Notes: generated from the sequence alone by a model not told the origin. 64,000 bases of DNA from Candidatus Geocrenenecus huangii (GCA_023254095.1 JALNLM010000003.1:89133-153132); one strand, 5' to 3'. Shown: positions 1 through 10,027, counted from the first letter of the stretch. Numbers and translations are program-made.

Positions 1-2
1 CT

Positions 3-668
3 GAGCTGGCAAACATACTCGACTTAGAAGCTAAGAAGAATAACTCGACAATACTTGGTGTTGGTGTAAACCCTGGGTTTCTGCTAGACCTTCTCCCAGC
101 CATACTTACTACGCCATGTTTAAGAGTTGAAAAAGTCATAGCTAGAAGAATTATAGATGCTTCAAAAAGGAGAGAATCTTTCAGGAGGAAGATAGGACTT
201 GGACTTGACAAAAAAATATTTGATGAGAAGATTAAGAATGGGGAGATTACAGCACATGTAGGATACGCTGAATCTATATGTTTGATAGCGGATGCGTTAG
301 GGTTGAAACTAGACTTCATTGAGGAACGTCAAGAAGCGGTCATAGCAGAAAGAGAAGTGATGGTAGGCGGCATCAAGATAGATGCTGGAAGAGTTCGAGG
401 TGTCAGGGGATATGGCGCAGGCATAAAGAATGATAAAGAGATATTGAAGATAGAGTTTACTGCGGCTGTAGGTGTAGAAGAAGAATTCGAAGAGATAATT
501 ATTGAAGGTGTTCCGAGAATTGTTTGGAGAAGCGTTGGCGGAACACCTGGAGACCTAGCTACCGCAGCCGTAGTCTTAAACTATGTTCCGATAGTTCTGA
601 AGGCCGAGCCAGGCGTCGCAACCGTTAATAAGCTTAGACCTCCATCCTATTCTATGGTCGGAGTATAG
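3..668 (+). CDS. DapB-family (dihydrodipicolinate reductase-like / amine dehydrogenase-like) oxidoreductase, C-terminal part; 5' end lies outside the window
   Basis: Frame 3 is open from the window edge, so the ORF is truncated at its 5' end. The GVNPGF-containing segment resembles DapB-family C-terminal domains. The exact family assignment is uncertain. Confidence 0.4.
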   Translation, partial: ELANILDLEAKKNNSTILGVGVNPGFLLDLLPAILTTPCLRVEKVIARRIIDASKRRESFRRKIGLGLDKKIFDEKIKNGEITAHVGYAESICLIADALGLKLDFIEERQEAVIAEREVMVGGIKIDAGRVRGVRGYGAGIKNDKEILKIEFTAAVGVEEEFEEIIIEGVPRIVWRSVGGTPGDLATAAVVLNYVPIVLKAEPGVATVNKLRPPSYSMVGV

Positions 669-671
669 ACT

Positions 672-1934
672 CTATGGCCAGATTCCACGAGAATTAATTG
701 CATCGGCTACTCTCTCTACTGCTAGCACCATTGCAGCCTTCCTAAATGGGATTCTGTATTTCTCTACATGGTTTAAGACGTCGTTGAATGCTTTCACAAT
801 TTTATCTTCAAGCTTCTTTAATACTTCTTCTTTAGTCCATCGGAACATTTGGAGATTTTGAACCCATTCTAGGTAGCTTACCGTTACCCCACCTGCATTA
901 GCAAGGATATCTGGTATGACCTTGACCTTCTTTTCTTCTAGGATTCTGTCAGCCTCCGGCGTTGTTGGACCATTTGCACCTTCAACGATTACCTTTGCTT
1001 TGATATTGTTTGCATTGCCTTTATGTATCTGACCTTCTAGAGCTGCTGGAATCAGGAAGTCACATTCAATCTCTAATAATTCCTCATTCGTCAGATTCTT
1101 TGCATCAGCAAAGTTTACTACGCTTCCAGTCTTCTTCTTATGCTCCATAACCTTGTAGGGATTTAAGCCATCCTTAAGTAGTATCCCTCCTTTAGAATCG
1201 CTTACAGCTATTATTCGTGCTCCCCAGTCATGGAGTATCTCAGCAGCATATGATCCTACATTCCCATATCCTTGTATAACTATCTTAGCATTCTTTAACG
1301 GTATGTCAAACTTCTTCGCAGACTCTCTAACACATACTGCAACACCATATGAAGTTGCCTCGGCCCTGCCTTCCGACCCGCCCAGGCTGACGGGTTTACC
1401 TGTAACTACAGCAGGTGTCGGCTCTCCCTTCAGCTGACTGTATGTATCCATTATCCAGGCCATCGTCTGAGCGTCAGTATAGACATCGGGCGCAGGTATA
1501 TCCGTCAACGGTCCAATAATGCTGCTAATCATAGCGGTGTATCTTCTGGTTAATCTTTCCAACTCACTATTTGACATCTCTTTAGGATTGCATCTAACCC
1601 CGCCTTTCGCCCCACCATAAGGTAGGTCTACTACAGCGGTCTTCCAAGTCATAAGCATAGCTAAAGCAGTAACCTCTTCAACTGTAACTGAGGGATGATA
1701 TCTTATGCCGCCTTTATATGGTCCACGCGCACTACTATGCTGTACTCTTACACCCATAAACGTCCTGATCGATCCATCATCCATCTTAACTGGGATTGAA
1801 ACGATTAAAGTTCTCTTAGGAATCTTCAGGAACTCTCTCAACCCTTCATCGAGCTTCAAAATATCTGCAGCTTCTTCAAACTGCTTAATTGCTGATTCGA
1901 GAAATTCTTTACCACTTACAGAACTTGCCGACAA
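672..1934 (-). CDS. gdhA: Glutamate dehydrogenase
   Basis: 420 aa. It has the canonical GDH motifs, including KTAVVDLPYGGAKGG and the catalytic Lys region, and a Glu/Leu/Phe/Val dehydrogenase C-terminal NAD(P) domain. Confidence 0.9.
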   Translation of the reverse strand: MSASSVSGKEFLESAIKQFEEAADILKLDEGLREFLKIPKRTLIVSIPVKMDDGSIRTFMGVRVQHSSARGPYKGGIRYHPSVTVEEVTALAMLMTWKTAVVDLPYGGAKGGVRCNPKEMSNSELERLTRRYTAMISSIIGPLTDIPAPDVYTDAQTMAWIMDTYSQLKGEPTPAVVTGKPVSLGGSEGRAEATSYGVAVCVRESAKKFDIPLKNAKIVIQGYGNVGSYAAEILHDWGARIIAVSDSKGGILLKDGLNPYKVMEHKKKTGSVVNFADAKNLTNEELLEIECDFLIPAALEGQIHKGNANNIKAKVIVEGANGPTTPEADRILEEKKVKVIPDILANAGGVTVSYLEWVQNLQMFRWTKEEVLKKLEDKIVKAFNDVLNHVEKYRIPFRKAAMVLAVERVADAINSRGIWP

Positions 1935-2085
1935 TATGCTCTCACATATTCTAGAATACCTGGCCTATATTTAACTAATCTTTCCGATAAACATCAGATA
2001 AGGTTTATTATTTGGTCTTAAGAGGAGATCTACATTGTTAAATCTTCTCGGAAAACTATTTACAGCTTAATCCTAAGAATCATTG

Positions 2086-3507
2086 TTATATCTTCTCAAT
2101 CTTTGAATAAGATTCTACATGTATTTCAGGCTCATTGAACAGATTTAACTTCACTGTTATCCATTTTAGCCTAATCTTTTCTCCTTCGGGAATCTGAGCT
2201 ATTTCCTGAGCTTTGGAACGCCATGCTACACCTCGTATAGCCGTGTCTTCATCTTTAAGCCAGAACAGTATCTTCTCTGCAGCACCATATCTCGTTTCAA
2301 CTTTTACAATGTTTGTCTTGGTGTACAATGTTCCCTCAATGGTTACGTCTTCTAATACGTCCGGCTTCTCTTCAATTATTTTCCTCAGGCTGGTTATCCT
2401 ATTAGGTATCGGGATCTCCACGCCTGGACTCTCAATCTTCTTTATCATCTCCTTTTCTAAAGTTATCCTTCCAAGAGTCTTCTTTTCATCGGTTAATCCG
2501 TATACTTCTATGTATTCTCCAGGCTTCAAGTCTAATCCTCCACGATATGTTAACTGTATTATCTTTCTTCCGTCCGTGGCTATTATTATGCTGTAGCTTG
2601 GCTGAGTTTTCACGTCGATTATTCTTAGAATCTTCTTTCCGCTCTGCTCATCCATGATTTCTTTAACCTTATCCAAGTCCACCTTATTCACCATTGCTAG
2701 GCTACTCCTAGAAGTTAGAGAGAATCTACCATCTTGGAATTTAACGTCGGTAATGAACACCTCTACTCCTGGAGAAAGATTCCTGAATTGCTCAATCATA
2801 TCTCTCCATACATTAAGCTTTGCTAGGATAGACCCATCAGAAAGAGTTAATTCGATAACTGATGCTTCCCCATATCTTGTAGCTACTTTCTTCTCTTCAC
2901 TTATTGAGATAAGGTATCCTCTCATATCGTATACTCCCTCACCTTCCATTATTACCTGGCTTAGAGTCCTATAGAAGAGGTGAGGATCCGGCTGGGCTGG
3001 GTCAGTAGGCAGCTTCTTGATAGTACTGTTTTTACCTACATGGATTTCGACTGTTCCCGTCTCGATCTTCTCTTTCGTATATGCATTCATAACCGCTATA
3101 CTATCACCAATCTTTACTGAAAGACTAGTTAATTCATCTATCTTCTCGTTCCACGCATATACTTCAGCTACCCCTGTCTTATCCCCTATCTTTAATCGGA
3201 GTATCCTATGTTCTCCAGCGATTTTGGGTCCTATGACCGCATACACTACTCCTCTAACGTTTACACTGTTGAGTCCTGGAACTAGGTCTCCAATCATCGT
3301 ATAAGCTAATTCTTCCATTAAATCCTCTGGAACTTCCTTCGATTCTAGGACTTTTAGTTCTTCAGCTACTAGCAGTATCGCACCAACTTTATTCAAGTAG
3401 GGATGAGTCTTGACTTTCTCATTTACAAGTGCCTCTAATTCATCGATAGTTAAGCCTGGAACTGCTTTGAGGATCCTCGCCATCAACCGCCTATACTCTT
3501 CTTCCAT
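2086..3507 (-). CDS. RPA-like single-stranded DNA-binding protein with multiple OB folds
   Basis: 473 aa with at least 3 repeats of the RPA OB-fold signature, for example VNVRGVVYAV...IGDKTGVAEVYAWNEK and VYDMRGYLISI...SDGSILAKLNVWRD. It contains no Cys, so it lacks a zinc ribbon. Confidence 0.55.
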   Translation of the reverse strand: MEEEYRRLMARILKAVPGLTIDELEALVNEKVKTHPYLNKVGAILLVAEELKVLESKEVPEDLMEELAYTMIGDLVPGLNSVNVRGVVYAVIGPKIAGEHRILRLKIGDKTGVAEVYAWNEKIDELTSLSVKIGDSIAVMNAYTKEKIETGTVEIHVGKNSTIKKLPTDPAQPDPHLFYRTLSQVIMEGEGVYDMRGYLISISEEKKVATRYGEASVIELTLSDGSILAKLNVWRDMIEQFRNLSPGVEVFITDVKFQDGRFSLTSRSSLAMVNKVDLDKVKEIMDEQSGKKILRIIDVKTQPSYSIIIATDGRKIIQLTYRGGLDLKPGEYIEVYGLTDEKKTLGRITLEKEMIKKIESPGVEIPIPNRITSLRKIIEEKPDVLEDVTIEGTLYTKTNIVKVETRYGAAEKILFWLKDEDTAIRGVAWRSKAQEIAQIPEGEKIRLKWITVKLNLFNEPEIHVESYSKIEKI

Positions 3508-3593
3508 GATACCTATCTATATGATCGTCAATAGAGACTAAAAGAGTTTTGTCTTTCACTCTCCTGTATTCCAAGATTATCAATTTCATTTCA

Positions 3594-4160
3594 TTAAGGT
3601 TTCATAGTCCATTCTTTCTCCTTGTACCCTTTCTCCAAGTTGATGTATCTAGCCAGTAGGAATAGTAGTGTTGAGATCCTATTTACGTAAGCCAAGACTT
3701 CTGGCTGAATAGATTCTCTTCTTGATAGAGTTGTTAATCTACGTTCTATTCTTCTAGCTATTGACCTTGAAACATGTAGTATCGCAGCAGATTCGTGGCC
3801 CCCTGGAAATATAAATCTTCTAAGAGTAGGTAGTTTAGCTTCGTACTCCATGACCCAGGCCTCTAAGCTTTCTAGAGACCTCTTGACCATCTCGCGTATA
3901 ATCGGGTCTTCATGCTGTAATTGGATCCGGTAACCTATAATGAACAAGTGTTCTTGAAGTGTTTCTAAGATCATGCAAATATTTTCTTCTTCAATAATCG
4001 ATCTCGCCAACCCTATGAAGGATGAGAGCTCGTCGAGGCCGCCGATGACTTCAAGTCGAAGATCATCTTTCCAGACTTTCTCACCAGATAGGAGGTACGT
4101 TTCACCCTTGTCTCCTCTGCCATACTTCGTCATATCGCTCATCTGAATTTTTATTATCAT
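3594..4160 (-). CDS. ATP:cob(I)alamin adenosyltransferase, PduO/MMAB type
   Basis: The N-terminus TKYGRGDKGETYLLSGEKVWKDDLRLEVIGGLDELSS matches the PduO-type adenosyltransferase signature. Confidence 0.7.
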   Translation of the reverse strand: MIIKIQMSDMTKYGRGDKGETYLLSGEKVWKDDLRLEVIGGLDELSSFIGLARSIIEEENICMILETLQEHLFIIGYRIQLQHEDPIIREMVKRSLESLEAWVMEYEAKLPTLRRFIFPGGHESAAILHVSRSIARRIERRLTTLSRRESIQPEVLAYVNRISTLLFLLARYINLEKGYKEKEWTMKP

Positions 4161-4192
4161 GGTCTGATTTCAATCTTTACATAACCTGCTTT

Positions 4193-6334
4193 CTACTCGC
4201 TTGAAATTAGCTGTATCATCTGGAGAGGGTGTCTGCTCGGCAGAGTTGAGAGATGCTGGAATTGAAAAAGACACGCGCTACATTCTGTTACGATGAATTC
4301 TCCACCTAGTTTCTCGTACTCTCCTACTAGATATCTACCAATCTCTACACTGATATCATATCCATGCCCATCCTTCTTCATCCCCCACGTCCCAGCAAGA
4401 CCACAGCACCCAATCCTCTTGAAGTAGACCTTCGCGCCTAGTGCTTCGAGAAACTCCTTTACAACTATGCTCCCATCTCTAGTCTTAGAATGGCATGGTA
4501 GATGATACGTGACATATAACCCTTCTAGATTTTTTAATACTCTTGTAACTTCTCTCCAACCTATCATTTTTAAGAACTCGAAATATCCGTAGCTGTTCTC
4601 AGCTACTTTTCTAGATTTTTCACCATGTAAAAGTTTAGGATAATAGTTTGTTAAACATTCTTGCGCTGTAGGTTCTAAGGATACAACTTTATAGCCTTTG
4701 TCGATCAAATCGTATAGATTCTCTACGTTGTATTGAGCTATTTCTCTAGCTTCATCTAGGAATCCATATTGGATGAGGGGCATCCCGCTACTCTTCAGGG
4801 AGGGTATTATGACTCTGTATCCTAGAGCTGACAAGATCTTAGCTGCTTTAATAGCCCAATCTGGATATACATAATATATTAATGCTTCTGTGAATAATGC
4901 TATGCTGCCTTTCTCGGCTGAACCTATCTCTGTGAAGATCTCTCCTAGATTCTTCTCGGCAAGCCTAGGTAGAGGTCTCCTAGAATCTATTCCTATAAAC
5001 TTCTCTATTGATTTTCTGACAAAACTAGAGTTTAACAATTTACTTGATAAGCTCGGAGCCCTACTTGCTAAAGTAATCAATGATTCATATTTTTTCAAAG
5101 ACTTGTTTATAGATGGGTAGCCGTACTTCTTACCGTACCTTTCTTTTACTATGGAGTTCAGGTAGGGAAGGTCTATGTCTAGCGGGCAGGCTTCTCTACA
5201 TAGTCCACATGTATTGCACAATTGAGCAAAAACTGTCTTGTCTAAGCCGTGAGCTATCATCGTCCAAGCTATCCCCATCGGTCCACTGTATATATATCCG
5301 AAGACGTGGCCTCCGACAATATTGTAGGGTGGGCAGACCTGAAGGCATGAAGCGCATCTAATGCAGTATAGTATTTCTTTAATTTCTTTATCTTGTCTAG
5401 CTTGAAGTCTACCATTATCTATCAGTATGTAGATTGTTTTGCGAGGTGCAGCTGCGTCGTCTCTAGGGTAAGTATTCATCATCGGGATATGGAATGATAC
5501 GTATGAGCTTAATCTCTGTCCAGTAGCGTTTCTAGGCAAGATCTTCAAAATCTTCAATACGTCCGTAGTTGAGGATACAATCTTCTCTACACCTGCTATA
5601 ACTACATGGATTGGAGCGAAGGCTAATGCCAGTCTATCGTTTCCTTCATTCGTCACTAGAACCGTGGCACCGTTCTCTGCAATGATAAAGTTTGCTCCAG
5701 TAACAGCCATCCCAGCCTTCTGATACTTCTCTCTAAATTCTCTTCTTACCTCTAAGACTATTTGATGAGGATCTGGGGGAACTGTTCTACCATAGTATCT
5801 CGAGAATACTTCTGCTACTTCATTCCTAGTCATGTGGAAGGCGGGGCCAAGTATATGTGAAGGCCTCTGACCTGCAAGCTGGACTATTCTCTCCCCTAAG
5901 TCTGTCTCGATCACTTCTACACCTTCCGATTCTAGAAGCCTGTTTAACTCTATCTCCTCGGTTGTAAGAGATTTAGATTTTACTACAAGCTTAACATTGT
6001 GCTCTTTGCATAGTTTTAGAACCATTCTTGAAGCTTCTAACCCATCTTTAGCGATTTTTAGCTCAGCACCTCTACTCTCTAAAGCTCTTCTCAGCTTTTC
6101 AATATTCTCTTCCAATTTCTCTACAGCCTCTTCTTTAATCTTTCTAGCTTCTCTTAGTATATCGTCGCTTATCTCATGTAATACTTTCTCCTTTCTCTCT
6201 CTAATCCTAAGATTATTTCTTAACATAGGCCAATTATCTTTGAAGATAGAGATCTTCACTAAAACATCCTCAGGCAATGCTCTTTTATCATTTTTCCCCA
6301 TTTCCCGGATCTGTAAAGCAATCAAACTGCACAT
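4193..6334 (-). CDS. LutB/LutA-like fused Fe-S oxidoreductase (LUD domain + 2x[4Fe-4S] + two CCG cysteine-rich domains)
   Basis: 713 aa. It has a LUD/DUF162-like central region and ferredoxin motifs CIRCASCLQVCP and CNTCGLCREACP. C-terminal CCG-type motifs are HLPCHSK, GCCGLAGTWG and ECSACLF. Confidence 0.7.
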   Translation of the reverse strand: MCSLIALQIREMGKNDKRALPEDVLVKISIFKDNWPMLRNNLRIRERKEKVLHEISDDILREARKIKEEAVEKLEENIEKLRRALESRGAELKIAKDGLEASRMVLKLCKEHNVKLVVKSKSLTTEEIELNRLLESEGVEVIETDLGERIVQLAGQRPSHILGPAFHMTRNEVAEVFSRYYGRTVPPDPHQIVLEVRREFREKYQKAGMAVTGANFIIAENGATVLVTNEGNDRLALAFAPIHVVIAGVEKIVSSTTDVLKILKILPRNATGQRLSSYVSFHIPMMNTYPRDDAAAPRKTIYILIDNGRLQARQDKEIKEILYCIRCASCLQVCPPYNIVGGHVFGYIYSGPMGIAWTMIAHGLDKTVFAQLCNTCGLCREACPLDIDLPYLNSIVKERYGKKYGYPSINKSLKKYESLITLASRAPSLSSKLLNSSFVRKSIEKFIGIDSRRPLPRLAEKNLGEIFTEIGSAEKGSIALFTEALIYYVYPDWAIKAAKILSALGYRVIIPSLKSSGMPLIQYGFLDEAREIAQYNVENLYDLIDKGYKVVSLEPTAQECLTNYYPKLLHGEKSRKVAENSYGYFEFLKMIGWREVTRVLKNLEGLYVTYHLPCHSKTRDGSIVVKEFLEALGAKVYFKRIGCCGLAGTWGMKKDGHGYDISVEIGRYLVGEYEKLGGEFIVTECSACLFQFQHLSTLPSRHPLQMIQLISSE

Positions 6335-6582
6335 ATATAAATTATCCTGATATGTCGCAAATCTTACTCAAACAGTATTAATTAAATACAAGACAAGATT
6401 CTAAGATGTTTGAAGGCATTCTTGATGATTTGGAACACATAATTTCTTAGAGTTTACGATTATTTATTAACTTCTCGAGACATCAAATTACAGATCTGCT
6501 CAATTTCCACCATTATCAATACGTAAGAAGGAGGCAGTAATGTTCCGGGAATATTTATATAATAGATAAAAGATAGTAGTTC

Positions 6583-8205
6583 ATGAAATACTACAATAAA
6601 TTCTTCTCAGCGTTGATAGTATTGATATTGGGAGTATTAGTCTTGGAAAATGCTATAGCTGCTTTTCCCACTCCTTCACAATCTGATATATCAAGTTTAA
6701 CGGAGGGGTGGGTGAAAGTTGTCTCAGGAGGTTTTAACGATACAAATAATGTGGGTATAACCAATTTCGTCGATTTTAAAGGATACCGATACATAGGTGT
6801 AATTAACTCTGAAAAAGGTGGAGAAATATGGAGGACTCAGGATGGTGATAACTGGGAGAAGATAGGCCCTGACGGATTAGGAAACCCGAATAATCACGAA
6901 ATAACATTGTTCGTTTTTAGAGATAAGCTCTATGCTGGTACAAATAATAATGAAGACGGAGCAGAAATATGGTTTTCCCATGATGGAATAAACTTTAAAA
7001 AATTAGTTTCAGGCGGACTAGGTGATAAAGATAATGTCGGCGTGGGGTTACCGATAATATTCAATGATAAGTTACTAGTCCCTGTACAGAATGGAAATCT
7101 TAGATCTCTAAGAGATGGGGCTGAGATCTGGGCATCTGAAGATGGCGAGCATTTCCGAAGGAATGTGAAAGATGGGTTGGGGGATAGATCGAACTTCTTA
7201 ATATACTTCTTCCCTCAGGTCTTTAAAGACCACAAATTCATCGGGTTCGAGGCCACAACCTTTAATGAACACGTATTTCTAGGAACTTATAATCCGAATG
7301 GTGCGGAGATCTGGAGAAGCAAGGATGGTGTAAACTGGGAAAGAATTATTGATAACGGATTTAACGATACAGGCAACATTGCTATCGCTAATATGCGAAT
7401 ATTCAGAGACCAATTATATGTCGTTACTTTTAACCTGAAAGGGCTAAATGTATTTAGGACATATGATGGCAAGAACTGGGAGAAAGTAGTGGAGAATGGT
7501 TTTAGGGCTGGAGAATATAAAAACATGTTCGGGGTCTTGACGGAGATCAACGGGGCACTTTATCTAAGTACTTTTAGTACACCAACAGTTGGAGCTTTCC
7601 AGATATGGAGATCTAACGATGGCAAGAATTGGACGCAATTAGGCTTGACAGGATTCGGTAATAAGAATAACCATGGAGCTGGTATATCTTTACTATCGGA
7701 TGGCTGTCTTTACGTCTCGACAACAAATACAGTAGATGGGCTCGAAGTATGGAAGTCTAGAGATAGTTTAAACTGGGAGATAATATTTAAAGAAGAGATT
7801 ACTAGCAAGACTCACATAGGTGGAGGAATAGTTGAGTTCAACAATCATCTCTACATGTATATCTATGACTCTGAGAATGGTATAGAGATTTGGAAATATA
7901 CGTCTCCACTGCGACCTATCACTGTAATTCAGACTTCCACTCAGACAAGCATCTATACTATACCTACTACAAAGACTACAACTTCTAAGCTACCTACGAC
8001 TCAAATAACCACAGCGGAGAAATTAACGGCTGCTGAGTCCACATCGGTGATCTCCACTCAAACTGTGACTATATCTGAGACTGGTTGGGGAGCTCAAGAA
8101 TACGCAATTATTGGCATCATCGCCGTTGTTGCCATTGTTGCAGTCTTCTTTATCCTCAAGATCACAATCTGGTCTCGTCCATTGCCTCCTCCACCACCTC
8201 CATAA
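6583..8205 (+). CDS. Secreted/surface-anchored repeat protein (7 x ~50-aa DG.NW/GAEIW repeats, Thr-rich stalk, C-terminal TM anchor and poly-Pro tail)
   Basis: It has an N-terminal signal peptide, MKYYNKFFSALIVLILGVLVLENAIAA. Repeats of the form DGxNWEKI..G(L/F)G and GAEIW recur about 7 times. A T/S-rich segment (TTKTTTSKLPTTQITT...) follows, then the hydrophobic helix AIIGIIAVVAIVAVFFIL, and the protein ends in PPPPPP. Confidence 0.5.
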   Translation: MKYYNKFFSALIVLILGVLVLENAIAAFPTPSQSDISSLTEGWVKVVSGGFNDTNNVGITNFVDFKGYRYIGVINSEKGGEIWRTQDGDNWEKIGPDGLGNPNNHEITLFVFRDKLYAGTNNNEDGAEIWFSHDGINFKKLVSGGLGDKDNVGVGLPIIFNDKLLVPVQNGNLRSLRDGAEIWASEDGEHFRRNVKDGLGDRSNFLIYFFPQVFKDHKFIGFEATTFNEHVFLGTYNPNGAEIWRSKDGVNWERIIDNGFNDTGNIAIANMRIFRDQLYVVTFNLKGLNVFRTYDGKNWEKVVENGFRAGEYKNMFGVLTEINGALYLSTFSTPTVGAFQIWRSNDGKNWTQLGLTGFGNKNNHGAGISLLSDGCLYVSTTNTVDGLEVWKSRDSLNWEIIFKEEITSKTHIGGGIVEFNNHLYMYIYDSENGIEIWKYTSPLRPITVIQTSTQTSIYTIPTTKTTTSKLPTTQITTAEKLTAAESTSVISTQTVTISETGWGAQEYAIIGIIAVVAIVAVFFILKITIWSRPLPPPPPP

Positions 8206-8322
8206 TTGCAATTAACAATCTTTAGGATTAATCCTCACATAGAAAAAACAGGTAACACTCGATTAAGAGGAATACATATTGTTCATCTCTTTACTAGAAT
8301 GAGAATTTATGTTGGATTATTT

Positions 8323-8871
8323 TTAATGGATGTCCAAGACAGATACGTAGAATCTCCTGGGACCGTGAACGCCTTTGACTATCTCTCCTTCAATGTCTGC
8401 AGTACTGCTCGGACCTGTAACGAGATAGATGGATACACCATTTCTAAGAAAGTCATTAAATGATCTTTCTACGTCATCGAGATCGTATACAATCCTATCT
8501 GCAGATATTATTGAGATATGGGTTTCTGGAAAGTATATTGATGCTTCTTCTATTCCTGAAGAAGCCGTGTAGATGACTGTGCCTGTACTTGCTATACCCA
8601 GTTCAGGGAAACCTATAGATAACTCGACATCAGTTATCGGGGTAGTAGAATCAGCTCTTACGATCCTTATGCTCACACCTTCTCCTTCTAATCTTTCAAT
8701 AAGCTCTTTCCTGTAATCGGTCTCGGAGCCGACTATGAGTATCTCCTTTTCCACGTTCTTAACTAGATTATATATAGTCTGAAACAAGTCTTGCATACTA
8801 TGACACACATATGCTTTTGCTCCAAGATCTTCTAGCCTACTGATGAAGAGCTTTAAGGTATCTGGCTGCAT
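8323..8871 (-). CDS. LUD-domain protein (LutC-like lactate utilisation protein C family)
   Basis: 182 aa, the typical size and composition of a DUF162/LUD stand-alone subunit. It lies about 2 kb from the LutB/A-like fusion. Confidence 0.55.
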   Translation of the reverse strand: MQPDTLKLFISRLEDLGAKAYVCHSMQDLFQTIYNLVKNVEKEILIVGSETDYRKELIERLEGEGVSIRIVRADSTTPITDVELSIGFPELGIASTGTVIYTASSGIEEASIYFPETHISIISADRIVYDLDDVERSFNDFLRNGVSIYLVTGPSSTADIEGEIVKGVHGPRRFYVSVLDIH

Positions 8872-9120
8872 ATCTTAACCAACTCTCTCGACTAGCTACA
8901 TCTCATAATCTCTCCTTGGTATGCAATAAACTTACCTTCTTAACAGGAGATATATCCAGGCAAGCTAGAGCTTTACGTGGAATACGGTCTAGTATTCGAT
9001 GAAGGCCGAGTTCTACGAGGACAAGGTAATAGGTGGATAATGTCTAGGTTCTAAGCGTGAAGCTAATGTTTTTTGGAATACTTAAATAGTTTAATAATGT
9101 ATGTGTTGAATGCGTGAGCT

Positions 9121-9519
9121 TTGAGCTATAGTGAAGTTTCTCTACTCAGAGATAGAGCGTTAAGAATGCTTAGATCAGGAAAGAGAAGTCTACTTGAAGG
9201 AGACTATGATGTTGCCGCCTTCATGGCTGATCAATCTGTTCAACTATACCTGAAGTCAGTAATATTCGAGTTAACTGGTGAGGTGCCTCGAGTTCATGCT
9301 GTTAGGCAGCTGATGAACATCCTAAAGGACCTTATGGGAAATCCAAATATTTTTGATGAGTTCGTTCGAGAAAACAGAAGTTTGCTTATAAGGCTTGAAG
9401 AAGCTTATATAAGTTCACGCTATATGCCGAGAAACTATGATAGAGAAGAAGCTGAAGAGCTCTTGAATTTTGCTGAGAAGGTGATAGAGTTTGTTGAGTC
9501 TACTAAAGGCCAAGCTTAG
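9121..9519 (+). CDS. HEPN domain protein (PF05168-type)
   Basis: 132 aa, all-alpha, with the C-terminal YISSRYMPRNY ... EEAEELLNFAEKVIEFV pattern typical of archaeal HEPN proteins paired with minimal nucleotidyltransferases (MNTs). Confidence 0.7.
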   Translation: MSYSEVSLLRDRALRMLRSGKRSLLEGDYDVAAFMADQSVQLYLKSVIFELTGEVPRVHAVRQLMNILKDLMGNPNIFDEFVRENRSLLIRLEEAYISSRYMPRNYDREEAEELLNFAEKVIEFVESTKGQA

Positions 9520-9883
9520 GATTAGTCAGATTACCCGCCAGTGGCGTTCTTGGTCTGAGGCTATAGCTAAAGCCGCCTACGAGGTTTTAGGTTCATGTAA
9601 TCTTTACGTCTTTGGGAGTGTTGTTAAGGAGCGTGTAACAGGTGGAAGCGATGTAGATGTGCTGATAGTTGCTGATAATCTACCTGGAGATTTTAGAGTG
9701 AGAGGAGAATTGATAGCTAAGATAGAGGAGGAGGCTAACCTACCACTATATCACTCCTTCCAAATACACTTGGCCACTTGGGAAGAAGTTGAGGTTAACC
9801 CCATATATAGAGAGGCGGTGAGTAAGGGGATTCCCATATTCGTTGGCACATTGAGGGGACGAGGCGAATTTAAGAGAAGCTAG
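9491..9883 (+). CDS. Minimal nucleotidyltransferase (MNT), the partner of the upstream HEPN protein
   Basis: It has the Pol-beta-type NTase motif FGSVVKERVTGGSDVDVLIV (GS...D.D). It overlaps the HEPN ORF by 29 nt and starts at a TTG. Confidence 0.75.
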   Translation: MLSLLKAKLRISQITRQWRSWSEAIAKAAYEVLGSCNLYVFGSVVKERVTGGSDVDVLIVADNLPGDFRVRGELIAKIEEEANLPLYHSFQIHLATWEEVEVNPIYREAVSKGIPIFVGTLRGRGEFKRS

Positions 9884-10027
9884 CTTGCATGCAGTAGAGA
9901 TTCTAAAAACTAAACTTATTCCTAACTTGTTAATGCTCTACAATTATACTGTAAATTCATGAAGATGCAAGAACACTTATTCAAGCATCATCCAGCAAAA
10001 AAGTTATCTATTATTAATTCATAGGTA

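Noticed and set aside
2213-3304. Plus-strand ORFs of 95-127 aa (2213..2596, 2654..2974, 3017..3304) inside the RPA-like gene
   Set aside because: They are low-complexity, Ser/Leu/Ile-rich antisense translations of an AT-rich coding region. They overlap a well-supported minus-strand gene entirely.
4890-6350. Plus-strand ORFs (4890..5120, 5113..5361, 5997..6350) antisense to the LutB/A-like gene
   Set aside because: They are fully embedded in a 713-aa gene with clear domain content. Their composition is typical of antisense frames.
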